Shown: positions 31,182 through 42,800 of the stretch, in pieces
How the letters are laid out: every line of letters begins with the position of its first letter
Position numbering within the stretch: position 1 is the first letter of the stretch
Assembly: GCF_900766005.1 (NCBI RefSeq)
Contig: NZ_CAAFTU010000082.1
DNA length: 64,000 bases
Strand: one strand, 5' to 3'
Origin: an uncultured Bacteroides sp.
Lineage (GTDB): Bacteria; Bacteroidota; Bacteroidia; Bacteroidales; Bacteroidaceae
Notes under the pieces: model-generated
The model's input: the letters and a program-made list of their open reading frames with translations, nothing else
Told to the model about the DNA's origin: nothing
Databases searched by the model: none
Made by a program: the position numbers and the translations under genes

Positions 31182-31376
31182 ATAGCTTATACGCTATCGC
31201 GGAAAGTTGTACCAATACAGAGTTTGATGCGACCCTTTCTTTAGTCTTTTAGGATGCTCAAATTATAAATTCATATTTCCAAAAACTGGATTTTGACACA
31301 CCCACTTTCTATTTCCGATAAACACCTGCATCTTTATCTGCAGAAGACAAAAAACAGGCATTCGTTTCTCTTTCGC

Positions 31377-31859
31377 TTATTTTCTTGCGCCAAGTTGAAT
31401 ATCCAAATGATACAAAGCCACATCACCACCCAGCTTGATCTTGTCCAAAATACCCTGAACGGTAGCTTCCTCTTCTACCTGCTCGCGTACAAATCCCCAC
31501 AAGAAATCCTGAGAAGCCTTGTCCTTTTCAGCAGAAGCAACATCTACCAGTTTGTCAATCAATTCGGAAACATGGCATTCATGCTTGTATACATGCTCGA
31601 ACACATCCAGCGGAGAAGCCCATTCCTGAGGAACAGCATCCACAGCCCCCACCTTGGCTTGTCCGCCACGTTTCATCACATATTGCGCCAACACATCAGC
31701 ATGATCACTCTCCTCATGAGCCTGCGCTTTCATCCATGAAGCAAAACCTTCATAGCCTTTCGCAGCGAAGAAATAAGACATGGAAAGATAAAGATTGGCC
31801 GACCACATTTCGGCTACAATCTGAGCATTAATTGCGTCTTGTAATTTTTGTGAAATCAT
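31377..31859 (-). CDS. ftnA: Ferritin
   Basis: AEMWSANLYLSM, EESDHA, HECHV, EQVEEE ferroxidase residues. Confidence 0.95.
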   Translation of the reverse strand: MISQKLQDAINAQIVAEMWSANLYLSMSYFFAAKGYEGFASWMKAQAHEESDHADVLAQYVMKRGGQAKVGAVDAVPQEWASPLDVFEHVYKHECHVSELIDKLVDVASAEKDKASQDFLWGFVREQVEEEATVQGILDKIKLGGDVALYHLDIQLGARK

Positions 31860-31971
31860 AATTTTTATTTTTTAGTTAAATTGTAACTGTTGCAAATATA
31901 TAATTTTTCTAGCGATTAACACTATGTCCATTCACCTTTTTATAAAAATTATATTTTATCTCATCCAAGTC

Positions 31972-32002
31972 TTTGCGATTCAAAAGAAAAGTCTTACCTT
32001 TG
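31972..32002 (+). promoter_or_regulatory. rpsP promoter
   Basis: TTTG-N19-TACCTTTG. Confidence 0.8.
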
Positions 32003-32065
32003 CACCCGCTAATACGGGTTATTAGCATTAATTCAAATCATTAATTATAAAAACATTATTTAGAA

Positions 32066-32617
32066 ATGGCAACTAAAATCAGATTGCAAAGAAACGGACG
32101 CAAAAGCTATGCGTTTTATTCAATCGTTATCGCAGACGTAAGAGCTCCACGTGATGGTAAATTTACTGAAAAAATTGGTACTTACAACCCTAATACCAAT
32201 CCTGCCACAGTAGATTTGAATTTTGAACGCGCACTTCATTGGGTAATGTGCGGTGCACAGCCTACTGACACAGTACGTAACATCTTGTCAAAAGAAGGTG
32301 TTTACATGAAAAAGCACTTGCTGGGCGGTGTTGCCAAAGGCGCATTCACAGAAGCAGAAGCTGAAGCTAAATTCGAAGCTTGGAAGAACAACAAACAATC
32401 TGGTCTGGCTACTTTGAAGGCTAAACTGGATGAAGCAAAGAAAGCTGAAGCAAAAGCTCGTTTGGAAGCTGAAAAGAAAGTAAATGAAGAAATTGCCAAG
32501 AAAGTAGCTGAGAAGAAAGCTGCTGAAGCCGCTGCCAAGGCTGAAGCAGAAGCCGCTAACGCTCCTGCTGAAGAAGCACCTGCTGCTGAAGCTACTGAAG
32601 CTCCTGCTGAAGCATAA
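32066..32617 (+). CDS. rpsP: 30S ribosomal protein S16 with Ala/Glu-rich extension
   Basis: [23 protein letters not shown]. Confidence 0.98.
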   Translation: MATKIRLQRNGRKSYAFYSIVIADVRAPRDGKFTEKIGTYNPNTNPATVDLNFERALHWVMCGAQPTDTVRNILSKEGVYMKKHLLGGVAKGAFTEAEAEAKFEAWKNNKQSGLATLKAKLDEAKKAEAKARLEAEKKVNEEIAKKVAEKKAAEAAAKAEAEAANAPAEEAPAAEATEAPAEA

Positions 32618-32642
32618 TTCAATTTTACTTCAAAAAGAACAG

Positions 32643-32672
32643 CTCCTCTGATCTATATCGGAGGAGTTTTTT
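32643..32672 (+). terminator. rpsP terminator
   Basis: CTCCTCTGAT-CTAT-ATCGGAGGAG-TTTTTT. Confidence 0.85.
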
Positions 32673-32690
32673 ATGCTCTTATCCGAGGAA

Positions 32691-33548
32691 TCAAAGGGAG
32701 TTTATCTCATCTTCCGAAAGTCCGGTAACTTTTGCGATTTCAGCTATGGAAAGCCCGGCATTCTTCAAATTTCCTGCAATAGCTTTGGCTTTCATCCATT
32801 CACCTTCTGCAATGCCTTTCTGAATAGCTGTATTAATCACATTGTTCCAATCTCTATATACTTTCAAACTCTCCTCATAGGCATAAAGGTTCTCTTTTGA
32901 GAACTGAGCAATTTCGGCAGCCTCAAACAGCCGGTTGAACACACGTTCCTGAAGGGCAGTGGGACGTTCCATCAAACGGGCCAGATTCTTGAGCACAAAC
33001 ATCCATTTATCAAACAACGTATCCAACTCCTGCTCGGTTTTATGGAATTTAGGCATTTCCAGATACACAAAAGTCAGTTTGTCAAAAAACACTTCATGAG
33101 TAGTTGTATCCATCAGCTTCACTTCATGGCGGAAGCCGGAAGACGAAACATCATCCAAGGCAAAATTCAAGATACCGATCACATACACTGCTTTCAGTTC
33201 ATAGTCCCAGATTTCCCCTTTAATAGCCTGTTCCCTGATAGGATAGGTAGCATAATAAATACTCCGGTCCTTGAAAAACTGTTGCTCCCCTCTCTGCATT
33301 TCTATCAGAATCTTTTCTCCTTTTTCATTTTCACAATAGACATCAAAGACAGCCCGGCGGTCAATCTCTTTGCTGCCCAGATGCTCTGTATTCAAGTAGG
33401 TGACATCCTCAATGACCTGCTTGCCATCGAACAAGGCATTCAAGAAGCCAATAAGAATCTCTTTGTTCAAGTCGGTTCCAAACAATAATTTGAATGCAAA
33501 GTTCGTATAGGGATTTACATATCTTTCACGCAATCCTTCACTACACAT
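32691..33548 (-). CDS. Rpn/PD-(D/E)XK nuclease family (PDDEXK_2) protein
   Basis: NPYTNFAFKLLFG, FDVYC, IEMQ, YLEMPKF; C-terminal HTH (IAKVTGLS). Confidence 0.9.
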   Translation of the reverse strand: MCSEGLRERYVNPYTNFAFKLLFGTDLNKEILIGFLNALFDGKQVIEDVTYLNTEHLGSKEIDRRAVFDVYCENEKGEKILIEMQRGEQQFFKDRSIYYATYPIREQAIKGEIWDYELKAVYVIGILNFALDDVSSSGFRHEVKLMDTTTHEVFFDKLTFVYLEMPKFHKTEQELDTLFDKWMFVLKNLARLMERPTALQERVFNRLFEAAEIAQFSKENLYAYEESLKVYRDWNNVINTAIQKGIAEGEWMKAKAIAGNLKNAGLSIAEIAKVTGLSEDEINSL

Positions 33549-33822
33549 AAGCGTTTGATATTTAAAGTTATTTTAATTCTGTTGAAAGCAGTTCAATACA
33601 AAGGAACGAAAAAAAGCGGATTTTAAGAAAGTTATCTGCTAATAAATTGTTAATGTTCCAATTGTACTTACAATTCATGTACAATGACAACACATTCTAT
33701 CCTTATCTCTTCATGAAAAGAATATCTCCATCTTCCCTAAAAGGATGAAAAGCCGATAAATTCATATCTCCAAAAAGAAAAAACTATCGGCCTATGGTGC
33801 TTGCTTCTTTTCTCCCAAGAAA

Positions 33823-35175
33823 TTATTCCAAATTAACCCATGTTATAACGGGATTATGATCAGAACTACGATAAAGATCTTCTCTATAATAAGATGTATA
33901 TTTAAATCCCCAATAAGCAGGCTCACTGGCATTGATATCCCAAGGAGCAGCACCAACTATTTGTGAAGTCAGCGTAGGAGAACTTAAAGAATGATCCAAA
34001 TAGCCAACCTCCCCACGATAACAATAACTCCAAGCCGCAGGTGAATATTTCTTTAGCAAATTTATATACCCAGCATCCGTAAACACCTTAATGGCATCCT
34101 CCATACCGTAGCTGTTCAAATCACCCAAAACCAGCACATCCGTATCTTCATAATAAGCAACAAGCTCATTATATACTTTCAAACACTCACGCGCTTCCAT
34201 AACCCTACGGTCGGCAGAACCTCCCTGACCGTCATTCTTATCTATACCACTAGTTTTAGCTTTAAAATGATTCATAGCTAAAATCACTTTCGCTTTATCA
34301 TCCTTCAGTTCAAAACATTGAACTATGTACCGCATCTTCAGATTATCAAAATTATAGCTTTTAAACTCCTTATAAGGCAAAACTTTCACTTTATCATAAA
34401 TAAAAACATTTGTTTGTACCTTTGATGATTTTTGTCCGGGAGTATTCAACCAAGCATACCGTTCTTCCCCTAACGCATTGTTCAAAGACCTACAAAGATA
34501 ATCCACAGTAAAATCTCCCTGTTCTACTTCACAAATAGCATAAATATCCGCTTTCGCCTCTTTCAATGCAGCTAAGATTTTAGCATGCTGACGCAAGGTT
34601 TCTGCATTTCCCGTATTACCATACATATAAAAATTTTCCGCATTGAAACTCATCACTTTCAAATTATAATCATTTACAGTAGGAGCGACAGACCGAGCAT
34701 TATAAGAAACTGACGGCTTTTCCGTTAATGTAAAATGATAACCGGAAGTACTATAAGTCACTTTACCTTTAACCCCAGCCATCTCACTTCCTATACGAAG
34801 TGTGTTACACGGGTCAATCAAAGGGAACTCTGATGTAATCAGCAATTTATCAACCTCCTGCTTTTCTACCCATTTGGAATATTCAACAACCGACGGGAGG
34901 TTTACATCCGCAAATGCACGTTTCACCTTGGAAGAGACAACAATAGTTCCTTGAGGTTTCGAGCCGCTATACGTCTGAGTGACAAAAAGCGGATTGACAA
35001 TTGTTACTTCTTTACCAGCTACAGACGCAGCCCATTCAGGAGAAAAATCCGAAGGAAAAGTTACCTTCAAATTATCCTTTTCCGGAAATTCCATTTCTTC
35101 CTTATCCGCAGAATCGCTACAAGCAAAACAAAAAAGGGACAAAAGGAAGAGAAAACATACTTCACTTTTTTTCAT
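33823..35175 (-). CDS. ExeM/NucH-like extracellular endonuclease/exonuclease/phosphatase lipoprotein
   Basis: Lipobox FAC; FNAENF, NHFKAK, GDLN, LDH, SSDHNP. Confidence 0.88.
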   Translation of the reverse strand: MKKSEVCFLFLLSLFCFACSDSADKEEMEFPEKDNLKVTFPSDFSPEWAASVAGKEVTIVNPLFVTQTYSGSKPQGTIVVSSKVKRAFADVNLPSVVEYSKWVEKQEVDKLLITSEFPLIDPCNTLRIGSEMAGVKGKVTYSTSGYHFTLTEKPSVSYNARSVAPTVNDYNLKVMSFNAENFYMYGNTGNAETLRQHAKILAALKEAKADIYAICEVEQGDFTVDYLCRSLNNALGEERYAWLNTPGQKSSKVQTNVFIYDKVKVLPYKEFKSYNFDNLKMRYIVQCFELKDDKAKVILAMNHFKAKTSGIDKNDGQGGSADRRVMEARECLKVYNELVAYYEDTDVLVLGDLNSYGMEDAIKVFTDAGYINLLKKYSPAAWSYCYRGEVGYLDHSLSSPTLTSQIVGAAPWDINASEPAYWGFKYTSYYREDLYRSSDHNPVITWVNLE

Positions 35176-35192
35176 ACCTTATCATTCAAATA

Positions 35193-35238
35193 AGAAAAAG
35201 AAAAGGGAGTTCATACTTTTACAGCTAAACTCCCTTTT
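35193..35238 (-). terminator. Intra-operon terminator-like hairpin before the nuclease gene
   Basis: AAAAGGGAGTT...AACTCCCTTTT-CTTTTTC. Confidence 0.6.
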
Positions 35239-35259
35239 GCTCATTATTAAGAAAATAAT

Positions 35260-36567
35260 TTATTCAGCCTCATCCAATGATTCTAGAACGAAACGACTTT
35301 CCTCTTCGCTCCAAACAATCTTTGCCACATAAGAAGCGGTACCCGTACTAGTATAAATCGAAGAAATAACTTTATAATTAGTCACCTGTCCGTCCACAAA
35401 GACTGGTTCCGGATGAACTAATTCGATAAACTTCACAAGTCCCAATTTTACCTGTTCTATACAATAAGCATCCATCTCTTCATCCGTAGTCAAATTGGCC
35501 ATTGCTCCGGTTACATCATAATACTTTTTACGCGTATATCCTTTTGCATTCCAGTTGCCATAAGCAGAACTTGCGCCATAATAATATTCTCCCTGACCCA
35601 CTTTCTGAGTATCCAGATAACCTTCATCAAAATTTGCCGCCACATAATCAACCACAAGCTGAAAATCTTCTTTCTGCATGGTGATGGTTTCAAACAACAA
35701 TCCAGAAGGAACAGTACGTTTAAATACCCATTCATTCTCTTTATAATCGTATTCATCCACTTCTTTGTTTACGATGGTTTCCGATTCATTTCTCATTACC
35801 AGCACATTGTCAATCTGCACACTGGTAGTCACCCCATCAGGAGCCCCTTCATAAACGAAAGCAATATAAATATTCTTACCGGCAAATTCATCCAGTTTCA
35901 TACTTCCTGCCCTCGCCATAGAGCCATAGCCTTTAACCGGTTCCTGAGGAATAGAGAAATTATCTGTTACATCTTCCCATTCCGTATACTTATTGGTAAT
36001 ACTGCCCGAATTACCTTGAAAAGTAGAGGACACATACACCTTTAAAGCATCCCCCTTATAATTTCCGATACAGACGTCAAAAGAGAATACATCTCCCACT
36101 TCTGCCTTGAATTTCGGTGAGATAATCCATGACTGTACTTCACCATCTGCCTTATATGCGGAACATTCCGTATAAACATTATTACTATATGCCTTATCAT
36201 ACCAAGGTGCTGTTCCTTTTACAGAATAATTCAACCATCCAGCCACATCCGTAGCTTCCTTATCTACGACATTACGTTCAAAATCTTGCTCCAATACCGG
36301 CACTTCTTTGATTTCAGTGGTTTCCTGCATATAACTTACAGAAGCAAACGAACCATTGTCACAGGTATAATATTTCTGGGTGAGCCATGGAATAATAACA
36401 TCCTTGGCACTTTCTGTTTCTTTGAAAGTTTTCTCTGTATATTCTACAGTATATTTCTGGACATTACTTTGGTCTGTTTCATCAAAACCTTCAAAATATT
36501 TTTCATTATAATCACAAGCAGTCATTAACGAAGCGGCTGCCAGCACCATCCATATATTTTTCTTCAT
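35260..36567 (-). CDS. Surface lipoprotein with DUF5017/cleaved-adhesin-like domain
   Basis: Lipobox MTAC; SWIISP, LKVYVS, IYIAFVY, QIDNV. Confidence 0.75.
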   Translation of the reverse strand: MKKNIWMVLAAASLMTACDYNEKYFEGFDETDQSNVQKYTVEYTEKTFKETESAKDVIIPWLTQKYYTCDNGSFASVSYMQETTEIKEVPVLEQDFERNVVDKEATDVAGWLNYSVKGTAPWYDKAYSNNVYTECSAYKADGEVQSWIISPKFKAEVGDVFSFDVCIGNYKGDALKVYVSSTFQGNSGSITNKYTEWEDVTDNFSIPQEPVKGYGSMARAGSMKLDEFAGKNIYIAFVYEGAPDGVTTSVQIDNVLVMRNESETIVNKEVDEYDYKENEWVFKRTVPSGLLFETITMQKEDFQLVVDYVAANFDEGYLDTQKVGQGEYYYGASSAYGNWNAKGYTRKKYYDVTGAMANLTTDEEMDAYCIEQVKLGLVKFIELVHPEPVFVDGQVTNYKVISSIYTSTGTASYVAKIVWSEEESRFVLESLDEAE

Positions 36568-36593
36568 ATTCTAAAATTCTTTAGGCTTTGAGT

Positions 36594-39341
36594 TTAAAAA
36601 TTAAGTTTCAATTTCAAGTTGTATGTACGACCGAATCCATAGAAGATGCCATAAGCAGTTTGCCAGTCATGATTTGAACCATCTGTAGCATCAGAAATAT
36701 ATTCCTGATCGAACAAATTGTTCACAACTCCTGAAAGAATAGCGTTTACCCCACCTATCTTAAATCTATAACTTGCATTTAAATCACATACATACGCTGA
36801 AGGAATACGCCATGGGGAATCATACACCAACGTCTTGTTGATATTATATGTCAAATCAGAAGATTCAATAGCCCAGTCAGAATAATTACGTCCATAGAAC
36901 ACACAATCGAAACCTACGCGTAATGCCTTTGATATCTTTGCCGTAGCACCCAGTGAGGCTGTGGTTTGCGCGGAGCCTCCTACTCTGACACCATCCAAAT
37001 CCAATGCAACAGAAGCATGGTCAGGAGCCATAATACCAGTAGCCTCTACAAATTTTCCATTTTCATAAGCCAAAGGCTGTCCCAATGAATTGTAAAAATA
37101 TCCTTTCGGCGTGCTGCTCCAGCGCCAATTTCCAATAGAGAACATACCGTTAATATCCAACCATCTGAAAGGTCTTGCCACAAAGTCCAGTTCAATTCCT
37201 TGGTGAGTGGCATCGACCCCCTGCATATTGATAGTGGCACGATCCACCTGATTGCCTTTCTCATCTTCAATATTCACAGATGCGGCATTGGTCTTGTCAA
37301 ACCACTGGGTATGATATACATTCAGATTAGCAGTGAAATAAGGAGAACGGAATCCATAGCCTAATTCAAAAGAAAAAATCTTTTCGTTTACAGCATCCGG
37401 ATTAGTAGCATTACTAGTTGCACTCTGTAAGAAAGCGCCACCTGAGAAGAAAGGAGCACGACTGATGTAACCTACATTTGCAAATACATTATGATATTCG
37501 TTCAGATTATAGTTGGCACCACCTTTCACTGTATAGCCTATAAAATTCACCGTTTCCGATTCGGCATGCTGCTTGTCATAATAAAAGCGGTCATATCTCC
37601 AATATCCGGTATTGGAAATTGAACCTGCAAGAAACGCACTCAATTTATCTTTATTGTACTCAGCTTGTGCAAATACTCCTTCTGACATAGCATAGCCATC
37701 ATAATCACGATATACCACATCTCCCACCTGTAATTTTTTCTTCACATATTCCGGAGTTCCTGCCAAGGCATTGTTCACCGCTTTCACCTTCTCTCGGCTT
37801 TCATCCAAGAAATATTTGCCGCCATACAAATCACTCAATTCATTAGTATGCGTACCTTTATAATAACGGAAATCTATACCTCCGTAAAAATCAATGTAAT
37901 CACCAAATTTTGTCGTATATGTAGACAACAAGCCATACCAGTTGTGTTCGTTGATACTTTTTGACATAGCCATCATAGAACCGTTATCACTGGCTTCATT
38001 CATATCATAAATCTGGTCATAAGCAAATGTACCGTCTGAATTTCGGAAATAAGTATTCAAGTTTCCTTTATAAGAGCCATACCACATATTACGATAAGTA
38101 GTACCATTGGCATCTTTCTTATATCCTTGTCCCGCATTACCATATCCGCGGCCAATGGAAACATATGCCGCTGTGCTCAATGATGATTTTTCATTAATTT
38201 GCCATTGATGGTTCAATGAAAGCTGCGGCTTGTGATATTCATTGTGCGAAGCAGACATACGCTCACCGTTAGGGCCGAATCCATAAGTAGGATTATAGCG
38301 ATACGGACTCTTGTCACCCATATAATTTTTCACTGCCTGCCATCCTTTGATGCTTAAACCGTCTTTATTACTGCGCTGGTTATGCCATTGGGGTGATCCG
38401 AATGCAGTAAATGAAATCTGGTGTGCATCATTGATACGTTTGGCTATGTTTACAAAATAATTATAAGCAGAGAATTCGGTCCCTTGTATATATCCGTCTC
38501 CCCAAGTCTTTCCACCAAGTAAAGTCAATGCCCATCCATCTTTGGACATACCTGTAGAAACATGGAACAGAAGCTTGTTATAGCCGTCATTCCCCATTGC
38601 ATAAGAGATAGAACCACCTTTTTTCTGATCAATGGTACGGGTAACAATATTGATAGAGCCACCTACCGAAGGAGCAGACACCTTCGAAGCGCCCAAACCT
38701 CGCTGAGTCTGCATGCTACGTGTCACATCCGACAGTCCTGCCCAGTTACTCCAGTACAAGCCTCCCCATTCCATATCATTCATTGGAATACCGTTTACCA
38801 TAACAGCGATATTTTCGCTCTTGAAACCACGCATGTTGATTTTTGAATCACCGTATGCACCACCTTGCTTGGTAGCATATACACCCGGAGTTGATTTTAA
38901 TATCTCAGGGAATTCCTGTGTACCTAATTTTTCTTCTATAAATTCCGGAGCCAAAGTTGTTACAGCCACCGGAGTCTTACGGGCTACAGCAATAGAAGAA
39001 GTTATCACAACATCCCCTAAAGTCTTTGCATCCAGTGATAAAGCAATAGTTCCCAAATCAACATTGCCCTTTTGAGTAACCTTCATTGTTTTGTCCTGAT
39101 ACCCCAAGTATTTAAACTCAAGAGTAGCCTTAGAAGAGGTAAGTTTCAACACAAAGTTACCGTCAATATCCGTTACAGTACCCAGTGTCGTACCGCTGAC
39201 CGATACAGTGGCACCAATCAATGGCTCATTGTTCTCGGCATCTACTACTTTACCTTTTACTGTTCCTTGCGCAACAGCCGTAGCAGTGAAACAGATTGTC
39301 AGAACTGCCAACAGGAGGAAATGCTTTAGATGATTTCTCAT
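36594..39341 (-). CDS. TonB-dependent receptor (no SusD partner)
   Basis: CarboxypepD-like N-terminus, plug (PGVY, INMRGF, GGSINI), terminal Phe. Confidence 0.92.
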   Translation of the reverse strand: MRNHLKHFLLLAVLTICFTATAVAQGTVKGKVVDAENNEPLIGATVSVSGTTLGTVTDIDGNFVLKLTSSKATLEFKYLGYQDKTMKVTQKGNVDLGTIALSLDAKTLGDVVITSSIAVARKTPVAVTTLAPEFIEEKLGTQEFPEILKSTPGVYATKQGGAYGDSKINMRGFKSENIAVMVNGIPMNDMEWGGLYWSNWAGLSDVTRSMQTQRGLGASKVSAPSVGGSINIVTRTIDQKKGGSISYAMGNDGYNKLLFHVSTGMSKDGWALTLLGGKTWGDGYIQGTEFSAYNYFVNIAKRINDAHQISFTAFGSPQWHNQRSNKDGLSIKGWQAVKNYMGDKSPYRYNPTYGFGPNGERMSASHNEYHKPQLSLNHQWQINEKSSLSTAAYVSIGRGYGNAGQGYKKDANGTTYRNMWYGSYKGNLNTYFRNSDGTFAYDQIYDMNEASDNGSMMAMSKSINEHNWYGLLSTYTTKFGDYIDFYGGIDFRYYKGTHTNELSDLYGGKYFLDESREKVKAVNNALAGTPEYVKKKLQVGDVVYRDYDGYAMSEGVFAQAEYNKDKLSAFLAGSISNTGYWRYDRFYYDKQHAESETVNFIGYTVKGGANYNLNEYHNVFANVGYISRAPFFSGGAFLQSATSNATNPDAVNEKIFSFELGYGFRSPYFTANLNVYHTQWFDKTNAASVNIEDEKGNQVDRATINMQGVDATHQGIELDFVARPFRWLDINGMFSIGNWRWSSTPKGYFYNSLGQPLAYENGKFVEATGIMAPDHASVALDLDGVRVGGSAQTTASLGATAKISKALRVGFDCVFYGRNYSDWAIESSDLTYNINKTLVYDSPWRIPSAYVCDLNASYRFKIGGVNAILSGVVNNLFDQEYISDATDGSNHDWQTAYGIFYGFGRTYNLKLKLNF

Positions 39342-39396
39342 AATTTTGTCTTTGATTTAAATTAATTAGTTAGTATTTCATTCCCAATAGGAAAGA

Positions 39397-39404
39397 CAAA
39401 GATA
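39397..39404 (-). promoter_or_regulatory. -7 promoter element for the TonB receptor operon
   Basis: TATCTTTG about 55 nt upstream of the ATG. Confidence 0.6.
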
Positions 39405-39744
39405 AAAATTTAATTCATATAAATTGAATTTATATTAGATTATTTAAACGAAAAGGGTACTTTTTAGGCGGAATATGACAATTATGTTAAGAAAAGAACA
39501 AAAAGCCGCCTCAAAAGAGGGGAAAACTGTCCGGAAATTCCAGAGCAACTGCCACATATTACTGTAGAAAGAAGGGCAAATGGAAACCGCCGGAACTATT
39601 TTCAGCATACCTTATTCCCAAAGCCGTATCCACTGATCCGGACAAATCCGGCCCGCCCCTACGACAAAACGACAGGTCACTTTCATTCAGGCTCTCTCAC
39701 TTTCAAAATGACAGAGCAAAAAGAAAACGAAAGAATGTGCATAC

Positions 39745-39777
39745 AAAAAGAGGCGCACCTTCATGGGTACGCCTCTC
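39745..39777 (-). terminator. Terminator of the Oar-like receptor gene
   Basis: AGAGGCGTACC-CATGAA-GGTGCGCCTCT-TTTT. Confidence 0.85.
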
Positions 39778-39815
39778 TATCCTGTTCCTGTATTGTCTGA
39801 TACAGGCTATTTCAT

Positions 39816-42800
39816 TTAGTTAAAGATATAACGGACACTGAACTGTATGGAATACGTAGAATTGAAACTGTTCAGATTGGAATACGTATCAGTCAGTTTC
39901 TTTCCTCCGTTCTTCTGGAACTGGTAAGCGCCGCCCTTATAGCTCAACAAGGAAGTATTGTTCACCGTCTTATAAATTCCCCAGTCGCTGTTCAGCAAGT
40001 TCAGGAAGTTCTTGATATCCACTCCGAACTGCAAGGTATTGCGCTTGCCCCCTACATTGAGGAAGAAATCCTGATTGAACTTCAAATCCAGCTGATGATG
40101 CCAGGGCATGATGGCTCCTCCGCGTTCGGCATACTTGCCTTTACGGCCTTTCAGATAACTGTCCTCATTAATGTAAGCCCAGAAATCATCGCGCTGCTCC
40201 TTGGCAGAATAAGTCACCTCACCCGTCTTGCTGTCAGTATAATCGGCAAAGTTCCACTTATCCAGCGCCTCGCGGGATGCCGGAATGTACAGCAAGTTGT
40301 TTGAGCCGTAATCGCCTACAATATTTCCGGTGAATGTATAGGAATAACGGGCGGCGGAATATCCTCCGGCATAGCCCATGTTCATACCCTCATAAATCAA
40401 AGACAAGGAGGAAGCGAAATTCTTGGCGTATTTAATACGGTAAGCGGCGGAAGCCAGCACACGGTTGGGCGATACATACGTACCATAGCCGGTCTCCGTG
40501 TCATTATTTCCGTTGACAGAGTAACGGTTGTTGTAATAAGCCGAGTTCACCTGGTCGCCGATGCCGTCGCCATACGACTTGGCATAAGAACGGGTGTAGG
40601 AAGCGGAAAGATGCAGGCCGAAATCAAATGTCTTGGCCAGTGAGGCGGTGAGTGAGTAATAATAAGCGCTGTTTCCCGCATTGGTGATATAATAAGCATC
40701 CGTCTTGTTCGCATTGGAGTACTCAAACATTCTGCGGACATCACCCGGAGCTATCTCCTGCTCTCCTTTAAACTTACGTCCCAAATTGGTCACTGTAGCC
40801 GGATTGAACTCTTTACTGAAAATACCTTCCAACGTAAAGTCAATGTCTCCGGGAAGTTTTGCATCAAAAGCCAATGATGACTTCCAGGTGGCATTCATCT
40901 TCAAGTCGCGGTCAATGATGGTGGCTCCGGAAGGTGCGGCAGGATCGGTAGCCGCCGGAAGGTTCAAGTTAGGATCTTTCAACATATCAGCCACGCTGGT
41001 GTGGAAACTCGGTTGTCCGTACTTAGCGTCCTTCTGCTCGTTATAATAATAGGTGCTTTGTCCGCAATTGGCATTACCTACTGCCGAAACCAGCCATACG
41101 AACGGCAGACGGCCGATGAAGTAACCGCTACCGCCGCGCAATACATACTTACGCTCGCCTGTAAGGTCCCAGTTGAAGCCGATACGGGGGGAGGCGGTCA
41201 GCTGGTAGGATGAAGGCAACTGGTCTGTGGCGTAATGATATCCGTCAAAGTCAATCTGTGCGAAATTCTTGTTATAGTTGTTCTTCAGCTCCGGATAAAT
41301 GGGCAGTTCGAAACGCACCCCGGCAGTCAGTCTGAAGTTGTCTGTGATATTCATCTGGTCCTGCAGATAGAAAGAAAGCTGCTGGTACTTCATGTTCGCC
41401 AGGAACTGGGAACCGTCCCCGGTGTTGGAATAAGTGACACCGAAAGCAGCCGGAGCTCTGTTGTTCACAAAATCATCCCAAGAGGAATAGACATAATAAC
41501 CGCTACCCGCCTGCATGAATCCGTTCACTGCCTTATTGGACTCAAACTGGATACCGCCCATAAAGTTATGGATACCGCTGGAGAAATTGAATTCATCGGT
41601 AATGACAAAGGTCTTCACCTGGCGCAAGTTCCCTTCTGTAAAGGGGTCCGGACCGAATGAGGCGTACAGCGAGCCTTGATCAAGGATGTCCACCGTAGGG
41701 AATGTCCCCCCTTCGTATGTACGCGGTTCGTTCTGATAAGAATAAGTGAAACGCAGGGCGTTATTGATAGCCCCCCATTTTGAATTCCATTCGGAAGCGA
41801 TGGAGGTGAAGTTCTGTTCCTGCATATAGCGTGAGCTTTCAAAGTACAGACCGGTGTTTGCTGTACGGCCCGAACTGCTCTTGCCCGCACTGCCGTCTAC
41901 TCCACCCGGATAGATGATTGAATCCTTAAACGGAGTGGTGGAAGAGGAAGGGTTAGAGGAATACTTGGAATGGGTATGGGTGAAACGGAAATTAATCTTG
42001 TTGTTGTTGTTGATGTTCCAGTCCAGACGGCCCATGATCTTGTAAGAAGGGGTTTCCAAAGAGTATCCTTGATAACGTCCCGGATTATAGTTGTATTTTT
42101 CCGACAGGTATTGGCTGATGTTGTTCATCCCCACAAAGGTACGGCCGCCTACCGTTGTGGTGTTCTCGAACGGACGGTGCACGATGCCGTTGGTGCTCCA
42201 TTCGTCATTGGCGCCGCTACGCGCTATGCCCGACGGACCTGCCTGCACATTATCCTGATATTCGCCGTTCACGAAGAAGAATAACTTGTTTTTAATGATC
42301 GCACCTCCCAAAGAAGCTCCGTAGGTGGTACTGTGGTCACGGTTGCGGGTCAGCTCATAGTCCTCTACCTTATTACCGGTAAGGTGGGTATTGGAAGTAT
42401 ACATATAGGCTGTACCTTTGAACTCATTCGTACCACTCTTTGTCACGGCGTTGATGGCACCTCCTGTAAACCCGCTCTGACGGACATCAAAGGGAGTGGT
42501 GGAAACGGAAATCTGTTCCAATGCATCCAGAGAGATAGGCGAACCGCCTGCCGGCAAGTTCGAGCCGATACCGAAGGCATTATTGAAAGCGGCTCCGTCC
42601 ACAGTGACATAAGACTGGCGGTAGTTACCTCCACCCACTGAGAAACCGCTACCGATATTGGCTCCCTGAGGGGTCAGGCGCATGATATCGTTCATGCTGC
42701 GGCTCACCGTAGGCACTTCCGACATTCTGGCCGCATCGACATTGGTCACCGCTCCGGCGCGGTCAGACTTCATATTGCTGCTCTTGGAAGCGGTTATCAC

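Noticed and set aside
39475..39491. Pho-box-like 11-bp-period repeat upstream of the TonB receptor
   Set aside because: Too degenerate to support
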